A stretch of 64,000 nucleotides of DNA from Thermodesulfobacteriota bacterium. GTDB taxonomy: Bacteria > Desulfobacterota_D > UBA1144 > Nemesobacterales > UBA2774. Shown here piece after piece: positions 17,742 through 26,338 of this stretch; position 1 is the first letter of the stretch; every line of letters starts with the position of its first letter. Location of the stretch: assembly GCA_965216785.1 (NCBI GenBank), contig OZ244197.1:96001-160000 (forward strand). The letters run 5' to 3'. A model generated the notes under the pieces. That model was not told the DNA's origin, made no database searches, and saw nothing but the letters and a program-made list of their open reading frames with translations. The position numbers were made by a program, and so were the translations under genes.

Positions 17742-18521
17742 ATGATTTGTAAATCGGAACAATGTGGAAAGGAAATACCCAATAACTCAATATATTGCCC
17801 ATCTTGTGGTCATATTGTTGGCAACCAACCGCATAAAGTAATAGATGTAATTTATAGAAGTGGTATTTCAGAATTTAACGAAAATACAAGAATAAATCTA
17901 ATATTTAGTAGACATGATGTAGAGTTCCAAGAAAAACCCAAACTAAGTTTCCTAACAAATAAATTACACGAACCCAAGTATGTACTTTCTATAGATAATA
18001 TTAAAAGTGTCAAATTTTATGGAAGCACGGGAACAACTGCAATTAATACAGCAAACGGTGAAATAGTACTGTCAGAAAGACAATTTAGACTTTATGAAAT
18101 TTTTAGTCAATTATCAAATATTCCTTCAGATACTGTAGATGAGATTAAATCACCTCCATCGGATGCACCAGATTTACTTAAGTTCGTATGTATATCCCTA
18201 ATACTATTATCTCTTTTTGGCCTAAAACGATTCTTTAATAATGTAGGTAAAATTGATTTTAGCGATAATGCAAGTTTTGTATTAGGATTTTTTCTGAGCT
18301 TGCCAACTTTTATTTTGTTGATTCTGTCTTGCTACAAAATATTGCGAGGAAGAAAATGGGCATCATATTGTGCTCAAGTACTACTTGCCTTTTTTATATT
18401 GATAGCTTATCTAGAGTTTAAACTATCCCTTTTGGGAATATTAATAATCATAATCATATCAATTGTAATCTTTTATTTGAATACAAGAAAAGTAAAAGAC
18501 TATCTAAGGGATAAAAACTAA
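17742..18521 (+). CDS. Zinc-ribbon membrane protein
   Basis: N-terminal CKSEQCG...YCPSCG; four C-terminal TM segments. Confidence 0.75.
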   Translation: MICKSEQCGKEIPNNSIYCPSCGHIVGNQPHKVIDVIYRSGISEFNENTRINLIFSRHDVEFQEKPKLSFLTNKLHEPKYVLSIDNIKSVKFYGSTGTTAINTANGEIVLSERQFRLYEIFSQLSNIPSDTVDEIKSPPSDAPDLLKFVCISLILLSLFGLKRFFNNVGKIDFSDNASFVLGFFLSLPTFILLILSCYKILRGRKWASYCAQVLLAFFILIAYLEFKLSLLGILIIIIISIVIFYLNTRKVKDYLRDKN

Positions 18522-18545
18522 TTAAGCCTGTTTGTTATGGATTGA

Positions 18546-18731
18546 CCTAAATTTTATAAGTCCTTACAGTTCGCTAATTCAGTTAGAGCTAAATATCCTG
18601 AAGCATACTTCCGTAGGGGTATAGAACGAATAAGCATCAGTCAGATAGAAACTAGCTGTCTAGATCTCTCAAAATCAGGTGAATTAGGATTTTTCCAAAC
18701 CTGCGATTATATAAAAGAAATATGCCAATAA
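18546..18731 (+). pseudogene. Remnant C-terminus of a TPR protein
   Basis: Frame reads KYPEAYFRRG...SCLDLSKSGELGFFQTCDYIKEICQ*, preceded by in-frame TGA; not in the ORF track. Confidence 0.75.
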
Positions 18732-18744
18732 TCAAAACTACATT

Positions 18745-19788
18745 TCACTCTCTTTTATTTAGCCAGGGCAATCTAGACACGGTCTTTTTCTTATAATCGT
18801 TTGACACATGAGAGTAAATCATAGTAGTAGAAATACTAGAATGTCCGAGTAGTTCCTTAATAGAAACTAGGTCAACCTGATTCATGACTAAATGTGATGC
18901 AAAAGTATGTCTTACTGAGTGAGGGGTAGCTTTTATTCCGGCTTTAGAACATGCTTTATTGAAGCTGTTCTTAATACTCGTAACCCTAGAACCATCAGGG
19001 TGACAGATTAGATAGTTTTTCTGGTCAGCATGTCTAATTGAGACCTGCATTGATTTGGGATGTACATAGTACTTACTCAACCATTCTAACATTTCACTTA
19101 ACTCATAATTGATAGGAACTATCCTGTAGTTGCTAGTCTTCTGACTTTTCACTATGATCACATTATTCTCCAGGTCTATATCAGTGAATTTAAGCTGTAA
19201 TACCTCTCCTATCCTCATGCCGGTATTCCTTAGAACTATTATTATAGGTCTGAGCCATGCACTAGAGCACTCTAATAGACGCTGAACTTCTTCAATAGAT
19301 AGAAAGTTAGGTGGTCTTTTTGGTAGCTTTAAAATAGTAATATGAGGCACTTTTTCAATAAAGTTCCACTCTAATGCCTTTTTTAGTATGGCACTAAGAA
19401 CTGTAAGTTCTCTATTGAGACTAGAAGGAGCCAACCCTTGATCTATTCTGATAGATTTATAATCCTCAATGCATTTATTATCTATCTTCGCTAGACTCAA
19501 ATTACCAAATGAAATCTTGAGATGTTTGATGGCCTGAATTTCTCTTTTATATGTGGATTTCGCCTTATTGGTTTTACAATATTTCAGGTATTGATCTATA
19601 TAGTCATAAAAGAGTATTTCTTTAGTCTCTCTAATGTCTAACCTACCCTTTATATGTTCCAGTTCCAATTGCTTTAGAATCTTTCTGGCTTCCTTCTTAT
19701 CTACTCTCCCAATTCTAATCCACTTCTTCTTTCTATTAATACTGAATACGGCATAATAAGAATTATGTTTGTATGCTAATGAAGCCAT
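18745..19788 (-). CDS. Tyrosine recombinase/phage integrase (element C)
   Basis: TGMRIGEVL, HSVRHTFAS, LLGHSSISTTMIY; AGGAGG RBS. Confidence 0.95.
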   Translation of the reverse strand: MASLAYKHNSYYAVFSINRKKKWIRIGRVDKKEARKILKQLELEHIKGRLDIRETKEILFYDYIDQYLKYCKTNKAKSTYKREIQAIKHLKISFGNLSLAKIDNKCIEDYKSIRIDQGLAPSSLNRELTVLSAILKKALEWNFIEKVPHITILKLPKRPPNFLSIEEVQRLLECSSAWLRPIIIVLRNTGMRIGEVLQLKFTDIDLENNVIIVKSQKTSNYRIVPINYELSEMLEWLSKYYVHPKSMQVSIRHADQKNYLICHPDGSRVTSIKNSFNKACSKAGIKATPHSVRHTFASHLVMNQVDLVSIKELLGHSSISTTMIYSHVSNDYKKKTVSRLPWLNKRE

Positions 19789-19852
19789 AGCATGCCTCCT
19801 GAAGTTGATTCACAGGAAGGTCCTTCAGTAGATGGTGGGTTTTAACATTATC

Positions 19853-19892
19853 TGGTAAGTCTAGGGCTGTTTGGTTAGAACATGGTTAGACA
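19853..19892 (+). promoter_or_regulatory. Putative arm-type integrase sites, right end of element C
   Basis: TGGTAAGTCT, TGGTTAGAAC, TGGTTAGACA. Confidence 0.65.
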
Positions 19893-19970
19893 GCCTTGGC
19901 CTTAACTGGACTAGGAACCATATAACATATTGTACTTACTAGGTATTTTAGGTGGGTCTAAGGTGGTATA

Positions 19971-20017
19971 CTCTGCGTCCCGAACGCAACGCTCTAGCCA
20001 ATCTGAGCTACACCCCG
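19971..20017 (-). repeat. att site: 5' fragment (47 nt) of tRNA-Pro
   Basis: Identical to 13834-13880; lacks the T-arm, acceptor 3' strand and CCA. Confidence 0.95.
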
Positions 20018-20026
20018 TGAGCATTT

Positions 20027-20054
20027 AATTTACTATAAATAGAGCGGGTTGCAA
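20027..20054 (-). promoter_or_regulatory. Probable native tRNA-Pro promoter, now upstream of the 5' fragment
   Basis: TTGCAA-16-TAAATT ending 9 nt before the fragment's first base. Confidence 0.55.
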
Positions 20055-20188
20055 GAGAGCATAGTGTACTTTTTTCAGTGCTTTTCTGTACACGCCCTCG
20101 GTGTATTAAATATTGCCATTGAAATATGGATGACACTTAATACTTATCTAGCTTCGATACAGCCTTTAAGAGGTTCGGTTGATTGTAT

Positions 20189-20560
20189 CTAGTCCGAGCA
20201 CACCCACTCTTTTTGTTCGGGATTATATTCGAAGGAATCACACCACCCGTCCATCCACCAGTCTTCCCCTACGGTATAATTATTCCACCAAAAGTTTGCT
20301 GTGCCGGAGACAGTTTCTTTTTGTAATTTGCCTACATTTGTGAATTGAACCCTATCACTCTCACCCAATATCGCATCATCAGTTACTTCAACAACCACAA
20401 AAGAGATTTCCTCATCATCTTTTGTTATTATTTTTACTTTATCCCCAGGTTCTATGAGCGTTTGGATACTAGAAGGATTGTTTTTAATGCCCACATAGCT
20501 AGCGAACGGGGAACAGGATACAAAAAATGTTAGTAAGACGAATAATGTATATTGATTCAT
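20189..20560 (-). CDS. Hypothetical lipoprotein
   Basis: FFVSC lipobox. Confidence 0.65.
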   Translation of the reverse strand: MNQYTLFVLLTFFVSCSPFASYVGIKNNPSSIQTLIEPGDKVKIITKDDEEISFVVVEVTDDAILGESDRVQFTNVGKLQKETVSGTANFWWNNYTVGEDWWMDGWCDSFEYNPEQKEWVCSD

Positions 20561-20590
20561 TCTAATTAGGCTCTTCTAAACTGTTTCATA

Positions 20591-21532
20591 TTATTGAATC
20601 TCATTCACAACATTTACTGTGATATCACCAATTGCCCTAGTCAACATATTCACTACAAGTTCAGTATTGCTTTGCATGTCTTCCACATATTCACATTTAG
20701 GGTCATAATACAATTCCTCTCTTTCCCAAATGACTCTTCCATTTCTGGTTGAAACCATTTTCCCTTTTAAGTCTATCCACGTTCTAACTGAATATTGGAC
20801 ATATCTTTCTATAATCGGTTTCAATGTCTCTAGCTCTTTTAGCAATTCTGCTTGCTTATTAGATATTGCCGTTTCAGAACTAAATAGAAGCTCATTTACA
20901 CCACTTGGACCTATACGGCTATAAGTGTATTGACCATAAACTTCATTCCATCTCGTTATAGCTTCGTTATATCCTGTATCATCTGAGCTTAGCGGTCCCA
21001 AATAAGGTTTCTCCCCGATGAAACCCGATACAAGCTGTTTAGGGCAAAGCTTTACTTCAATATTTTCTATAGCAATATCCAACACCGTGTCAAAACCTTG
21101 TTGTGCCAATATCGAGGGGCTTTGAACTTTTGAAATCTCAGCTTCGAAAGAAGCACCCGTATTTTCAAAATAATCATCAATATGCTCAGACAATAATGTA
21201 TCAATATTGATTTCGGATATATCTTCTCCAAATTCATCCGCATAATTACTGTCTATGTTACTTCTGCGTAATTCTTCAACCACCATAGCTACCAAAAGGA
21301 AAGGTGCTATCAATCCTGAGGCTTCACTATTCATAAAAATCTCGTAATATCTTTTTTGCATCTTAGAAATATTTGCCTGGAGCTCTTCGTCTGCTTGTAC
21401 ATGTATAGCCATTTTTTTGATTCTGGATTTATCCGGTTCAGTTAGAGGAATAATAGTCCTGGTTTTAGGGGCGCAGGATGCTGATAGGATGAACAGGCTT
21501 AAACAAAATATAAAAAATGATTTGTGTTTCAT
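20591..21532 (-). CDS. Hypothetical lipoprotein
   Basis: LSASC lipobox, 313 aa. Confidence 0.7.
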   Translation of the reverse strand: MKHKSFFIFCLSLFILSASCAPKTRTIIPLTEPDKSRIKKMAIHVQADEELQANISKMQKRYYEIFMNSEASGLIAPFLLVAMVVEELRRSNIDSNYADEFGEDISEINIDTLLSEHIDDYFENTGASFEAEISKVQSPSILAQQGFDTVLDIAIENIEVKLCPKQLVSGFIGEKPYLGPLSSDDTGYNEAITRWNEVYGQYTYSRIGPSGVNELLFSSETAISNKQAELLKELETLKPIIERYVQYSVRTWIDLKGKMVSTRNGRVIWEREELYYDPKCEYVEDMQSNTELVVNMLTRAIGDITVNVVNEIQ

Positions 21533-21550
21533 TTTATTTTCCCTGTTTTT

Positions 21551-22606
21551 TTACGGACCGCTGCCGGTGTTTTCATCGGAAATGATTGTCCGGTCGCCAG
21601 TGAATTGGTCTATAAACACAACTGCACGTATATCACGTTCTCTATCAATTACTACAAAATCTCCATCTGCAGTCACTGCAATGGCTTTAGGGAGCAGTAT
21701 TTCCGGACCCATGCCGACGTTTCCATCAGATATGATTGAGCGGTCGCCTGTGAACTGATCAACATGCACTACAGCACCCATACCAGAATCAACTACCACA
21801 AAATCTCCACCAGGCGTCACTGCTATATCCTCGGGCATGTCAAATTCCGGTCCAATCCCGGTCGTCTCATCGGAAATGATCGTGCGGTCGCCTGTGATCT
21901 GATCCACATGTATTACGGTACCGAAGCCACCCAATCCAGTAACAATATCAAGTACTATATAATCCCCGTCTGATGTTGATTCTATGCTAACAGGGACCTC
22001 TATGCCCGGACCATTGCCCGTATTCTCATCAGAGATGATCGTACGGTCTCCCGTGATCTGATCTACATGTACTACTGCGGTCTGAAATCCATTAACCACC
22101 ACAAAATCGCCATCTGGTGTCACTGCCAAATCTCTCAAAAAGAAAAACTCAGGCCCGACACCAGTGTTTTCATCGGAAATGATTGTTCTCTTACCTGTGT
22201 TTTGATCTACATTCGCAACCGTGTTACCACCAAGTACTGCAAAATCCCCGCCTGCTCTTACCGCAATTCGACCAATACCAATATTCGCACCACCTCCCGT
22301 ACGGTCTTTATCTAGGGGTGCAAATTGTGAGATTATCACACGATCCCCTGTAACCTGATCCACATGCACTAACGCCCCCTGATCAGCCACCGCAAAATCT
22401 CCATCTGGCGTTACTACTATGTCATTAGGTTCGTGAAAGCCCATGAAAGGCTCGGACGGTCTAGAACGATTACAGTTTGAGCTCCCTCCAAGGACGCCGC
22501 AGCCTATTCCACAGCATTCAGGAGTATCGCAAGCCGATAATGAGACACTTATCATAATGACTAATAATAGAAAGCCCTGGAGTTTATATCCTTTAACGGT
22601 ATTCAT
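21551..22606 (-). CDS. Beta-propeller repeat lipoprotein (~50-aa DIAVTPDGDF...VDQxTGDRTIISD repeats)
   Basis: LSAC lipobox, Cys-rich linker, ~6 repeats; ATG 22606 with GGAGG, ATGA overlap. Confidence 0.8.
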   Translation of the reverse strand: MNTVKGYKLQGFLLLVIMISVSLSACDTPECCGIGCGVLGGSSNCNRSRPSEPFMGFHEPNDIVVTPDGDFAVADQGALVHVDQVTGDRVIISQFAPLDKDRTGGGANIGIGRIAVRAGGDFAVLGGNTVANVDQNTGKRTIISDENTGVGPEFFFLRDLAVTPDGDFVVVNGFQTAVVHVDQITGDRTIISDENTGNGPGIEVPVSIESTSDGDYIVLDIVTGLGGFGTVIHVDQITGDRTIISDETTGIGPEFDMPEDIAVTPGGDFVVVDSGMGAVVHVDQFTGDRSIISDGNVGMGPEILLPKAIAVTADGDFVVIDRERDIRAVVFIDQFTGDRTIISDENTGSGP

Positions 22607-23730
22607 ACATTTAACCTCCGCATTGGTTTTCTGAATTTTCTCTGGCAACGACCTAATCCTATTCTCACGGCGGCTATTACCAAAGGGATAAATAGAAAAA
22701 CCGGAATCGATGAAGCAGGGCCAATTGGCGCTACAGAACACCCACCGCCGGCTCCGGCTCCTGCACCGCCAAGTGCCACAGAGAAAACCTGGACACGGTC
22801 AGATTCTACAACGTATACATTGCCTGAGCTGTCCACGGCTACTCCATTTGGGGATACGATTTGAATCCTAGCATTTTCGTCGCTACTGCCGAACTTGAAA
22901 AGAAAGTTTCCGTTTAAATCGAATATCTGGATGCGATTATTGTTAGCGTCTGCGACGTATATATTGCCGGAGCTGTCGAGCGCAATGTCAGCAGGAAACA
23001 TAAATTCACCATCACCTGTCCCATTACTGCCGAACTTGAAAATAAAATTTCCGTTTGAATCAAATTTCTGGATGCGATGATTAGCCGAGTCCGCAACGTA
23101 GATATTCCCAGAATTGTCCAACTCTATATCTAAAGGCCCCATAAACTCGCCATCGCCCGAGCCTTTAGCGCCGAATTTAAAAATGAAATTGCCGTTTGAA
23201 TCAAATACTTGCACGCGATTATTCTCTTGCGCATGAATATCATTATTCGAGTCTGTGACGTAGATATTCCCTGAGCTGTCTAATGCGATGGCAGATGGAA
23301 ATCCAAATTCACCATCATCCGAGCCTTGTGTGCCGAACTCGAAAATGAAATTGCCGCTTGAATCAAACTTCTGGATGAGGCGATTCAATGCATCAGCTAC
23401 GTATATATTGCCTGAGCTCTCCAACCCCAAATCTGTTGGGCCGTCAAATAAGCCGTCAGTATGATTGGTTATGAACTCGAAAATGAAATTGCCGTTTGAA
23501 TCAAACTTCTGGATACGTTTATTTTCAGTGTCTGCAACGTAGATATTGCCTACGCTATCCAATTCTATATCAGATGCACCATCAAATTCGCCTTCACCGG
23601 AACCACAGGACCCAAAAGTTAAAATCAGAGTTACGGATGCTGCAAAAACAATATTCGTTATTATGACCATGAGTAATGGTATTAAAGTGATGGGACGCAA
23701 TATATTCATTACAGTTTGTTTGAATTTCAT
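22603..23730 (-). CDS. NHL-repeat 6-bladed beta-propeller with C-terminal GGGC/TM sorting tail
   Basis: DSSGNIYVAD..N.RIQKFD repeats; GGGCS, hydrophobic segment and basic tail. Confidence 0.85.
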   Translation of the reverse strand: MKFKQTVMNILRPITLIPLLMVIITNIVFAASVTLILTFGSCGSGEGEFDGASDIELDSVGNIYVADTENKRIQKFDSNGNFIFEFITNHTDGLFDGPTDLGLESSGNIYVADALNRLIQKFDSSGNFIFEFGTQGSDDGEFGFPSAIALDSSGNIYVTDSNNDIHAQENNRVQVFDSNGNFIFKFGAKGSGDGEFMGPLDIELDNSGNIYVADSANHRIQKFDSNGNFIFKFGSNGTGDGEFMFPADIALDSSGNIYVADANNNRIQIFDLNGNFLFKFGSSDENARIQIVSPNGVAVDSSGNVYVVESDRVQVFSVALGGAGAGAGGGCSVAPIGPASSIPVFLFIPLVIAAVRIGLGRCQRKFRKPMRRLNV

Positions 23731-23774
23731 GTTAGATCCTCCTTCTTGTATTAAAAATGAGACATTTTTTACAT

Positions 23775-25082
23775 TCAGAATGCACATTCATCAAACTCAA
23801 CTTCACTTGGGAATCGTATCTGTATCCAATTATGAACTATCAAATTTTGCTCTTCTGTGTGTGTTTTCATCAAATTGTTCTTATAGTAATAAGACATATT
23901 ATTGTCTCGAAGCAGTTGAAAGATTTGTCCGTTAAGATTAACAGTCGTAGCCGCAGTGCAGTCGATCTCGCGTATAAAGGGATCAGGTGGCGTATCTAAG
24001 AGACCGTCACCATCGAATACACTTGCGTTGCCCCCGTTATCGAAAAGAAAATCCTCGGCTTCGGCTAGAGTGTCGAATTCCTTGGCAAATGTGTGGCTGA
24101 GTCCAAAGTAATGGCCAATTTCATGTCCAAATAGTTCTATATTCTGCTCTCCACAGATACCAGTATCGTTAAATCCCGGCATAACAATGAAGTCATATCC
24201 AGTCGAAGAGAAACCTCCTCCAGTAGGAAAATTCCCGGGTCCGTGACGGAAGAATACAACTATTTTATTTGGGAACTCTGCCGCAATTGAATTACCAAAA
24301 CTCCTTACATTTTCCCATACCGGACCTGACGTGGACGAAAAGAGTATATTGTTCATATCTGTGTTCATTACTTCCATCCAATCAGGCCCCGTCTCACTTG
24401 GCTCAAACTCAAACTGAATTTTAGAATTGGCAAAGGTCTCGTTAGCTTTGTCTAGCCAAAGTTTCACCTCTTGCGGTGTGATATTGGCACTACGGCTACC
24501 GTCGTCATCAGATACTCTTACAGCAAGTACACGTATAGTTATATTCTTTATATCACATTGAAAACCAGTGCCGCACAGACTCTTTTCATCTAACCTGCAA
24601 GGCTCAAATCTAAACTCTCCGGACGCTACAGGGCTTAAATTCCCGCGGTTGTCCTCGGCCTGCACGGTCCACGTCCAGCCGCCAAGGTTGCTATCTATCA
24701 CAAACGAGTTACAGCTTGTATCGGTATATTCTGAATTGGGTACAAAAGTATTGATTATTGGTAATGTAGCTCCGGTACGCATAACAAATATGTGATAGCC
24801 TTTAATTCCGTTAGGTGAGTCGGAATCGGTCCAATCAAAAAAAATTCTATGGCCATAACCACGGACGGGATCAAGAGGACAGCCTATGCTCGGATTGTTC
24901 TGCTCGATTACATCGTGATTAATCGGTGTCAGCAGGACAGGTGTCGTTACATTTACAGCTTGCTCTGGCGGCGGATCTTCTGTAAATGAGTCTCCATCTT
25001 GCCCGCTGTTACAACCGCCGACTACTCCGAGCCCTATCAATACGACTAATACAGAAAATCCAATTAATTTTAGGTGTCTCAT
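23775..25082 (-). CDS. Lipoprotein zinc metalloprotease (M43/pappalysin-like)
   Basis: VGGC lipobox, HEIGHYFGLSH, DTPPDP, NNMSY Met-turn. Confidence 0.85.
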   Translation of the reverse strand: MRHLKLIGFSVLVVLIGLGVVGGCNSGQDGDSFTEDPPPEQAVNVTTPVLLTPINHDVIEQNNPSIGCPLDPVRGYGHRIFFDWTDSDSPNGIKGYHIFVMRTGATLPIINTFVPNSEYTDTSCNSFVIDSNLGGWTWTVQAEDNRGNLSPVASGEFRFEPCRLDEKSLCGTGFQCDIKNITIRVLAVRVSDDDGSRSANITPQEVKLWLDKANETFANSKIQFEFEPSETGPDWMEVMNTDMNNILFSSTSGPVWENVRSFGNSIAAEFPNKIVVFFRHGPGNFPTGGGFSSTGYDFIVMPGFNDTGICGEQNIELFGHEIGHYFGLSHTFAKEFDTLAEAEDFLFDNGGNASVFDGDGLLDTPPDPFIREIDCTAATTVNLNGQIFQLLRDNNMSYYYKNNLMKTHTEEQNLIVHNWIQIRFPSEVEFDECAF

Positions 25083-25231
25083 AATTACCCTCCAATAAGT
25101 TTTTTGCCACATGCCTAGACTTATAAACTACTTTTATGTCGATTAGCGCTATCAGTGCTATATTGCGTGTCGTTCTGCACCACCGTAGCCTCCTATTGGG
25201 GAACTCTTCGATTTATAATTCACCCTTTCCC

Positions 25232-25554
25232 TCAATCTTTGATCTTATTAACTATCTCTATAGCAAACAAGAAAAGCGCTATAAGCACTGGACATAACCC
25301 ATATATACAAACATCAATAATCTCATTAAACCACGCATCCATATTTACACCCCACTCTTGTAATCTATTGTTAAAGACCCTTATCCATAATTCAGACGTT
25401 TCCACTTAGTTATGTCTATTAATGTGCTCACATCATTCAGGGATTCGGAGAGCATTGTATAGATTCCAAATATATAGAAGCTGAAGAAAATGAGAATAAG
25501 AGAGCAAATCCCCAGGATTTGAAGTAGGTATTTAAATCTTTTAAGTTCGTTCAT
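25232..25554 (-). pseudogene. Possible frameshifted small membrane protein, divergent target of TetR
   Basis: GAGG RBS plus ATG 25554 gives a 57-aa TM ORF; a second frame continues with another TM segment to 25232. Confidence 0.35.
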
Positions 25555-25598
25555 TTCTTACCTCTTTTTAATTCGCATTGAATTTCCCATTCAGGAAA

Positions 25599-25666
25599 TG
25601 AACACTGTTTAATTCCATAGTATCACAGAATTGAACACTGTTCAAGAGGTAATTTAACAATGTTCA
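25599..25666. promoter_or_regulatory. Three TetR operators, consensus TGAACA-n-TGTTCA
   Basis: 25599-25611, 25631-25645 (perfect arms), 25654-25666. Confidence 0.8.
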
Positions 25667-25684
25667 AAAAAATCAGTTATACTT

Positions 25685-26293
25685 ATGTATATGGGAAGAA
25701 GAAGCGATCATTCACGTGATAAGATTAAGCAGATGGCTATAGATGCAGGAAGGAATTTAATAGAAACTAAAGGCTTTTCAGGGCTAAGTGCGAGGAAGGT
25801 CGCAAAAGAAATAGGATACACGGTGGGAACATTATACAATGTATTCGATAACTTCACTGACCTAATTTGTCACATAAACTACACTACATTGGAAAGCCTA
25901 AAGGCACATCTTGAAGAAAACTCCAAACCCGGCAAAAACAGAGTCGAGGCGCTAAAACAGCTAGGAGAGTCTTATGTCGAGTTTGCAAGAGACAACACTC
26001 ACCTTTGGTCTGCTCTATTTGAATTTCAGCATCCAAAAGATTATCTATTGCCAAAATGGTATTCCGATAAGGTCAGGAGCATTTTCGAGCTGCCGGTAAA
26101 AATTATAGCTCCAATATTCAATGGAAACATGAATAGGGCGGAATATGAAACAAGGGTAGTTTGGGGAGGCGTTCACGGAATATGCCTTTTAGGTGTAAGC
26201 GATAGACTAGGTCTCGGCAGTGACGAATTGCTCAAATCAAAAGTAAATTCTCTTATCACTAATTATATGAGAGGAATGGGTGTTGAAGAATGA
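25685..26293 (+). CDS. TetR/AcrR family regulator (WHG-type C-terminus)
   Basis: LSARKVAKEIGYTVGTLYNVF HTH; WGGVHG. Confidence 0.92.
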   Translation: MYMGRRSDHSRDKIKQMAIDAGRNLIETKGFSGLSARKVAKEIGYTVGTLYNVFDNFTDLICHINYTTLESLKAHLEENSKPGKNRVEALKQLGESYVEFARDNTHLWSALFEFQHPKDYLLPKWYSDKVRSIFELPVKIIAPIFNGNMNRAEYETRVVWGGVHGICLLGVSDRLGLGSDELLKSKVNSLITNYMRGMGVEE

Positions 26294-26338
26294 ATTCAGC
26301 TAGATAATTCCTCTTTAATCCATGTTTGAATTGCTCGA

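Larger units (their letters stand above)
13834..20017. mobile_element. Element C: ~6.1-kb pipolin-like element inserted on the 5' side of tRNA-Pro
   Basis: 47-bp direct repeats 13834-13880 / 19971-20017 (tRNA 5' half), integrase, piPolB-like gene, matched arm sites at both ends. Confidence 0.88.

Noticed and set aside
13834-20017. Casposon or protein-primed linear replicon/Polinton-like element
   Set aside because: No Cas1, terminal protein, capsid or long terminal inverted repeats; ends are tRNA-derived direct repeats with a tyrosine recombinase
1273-20017. Three functional tRNAs or a split (trans-spliced) tRNA
   Set aside because: Outer copies are fragments explained as att sites; an intact copy exists, and no complementary leader/trailer sequences were seen
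21551-23730. CRISPR-like periodic repeats
   Set aside because: The ~140-150-bp periodicity is protein beta-propeller repeats with codon-level variation; no repeat-spacer array anywhere in the window
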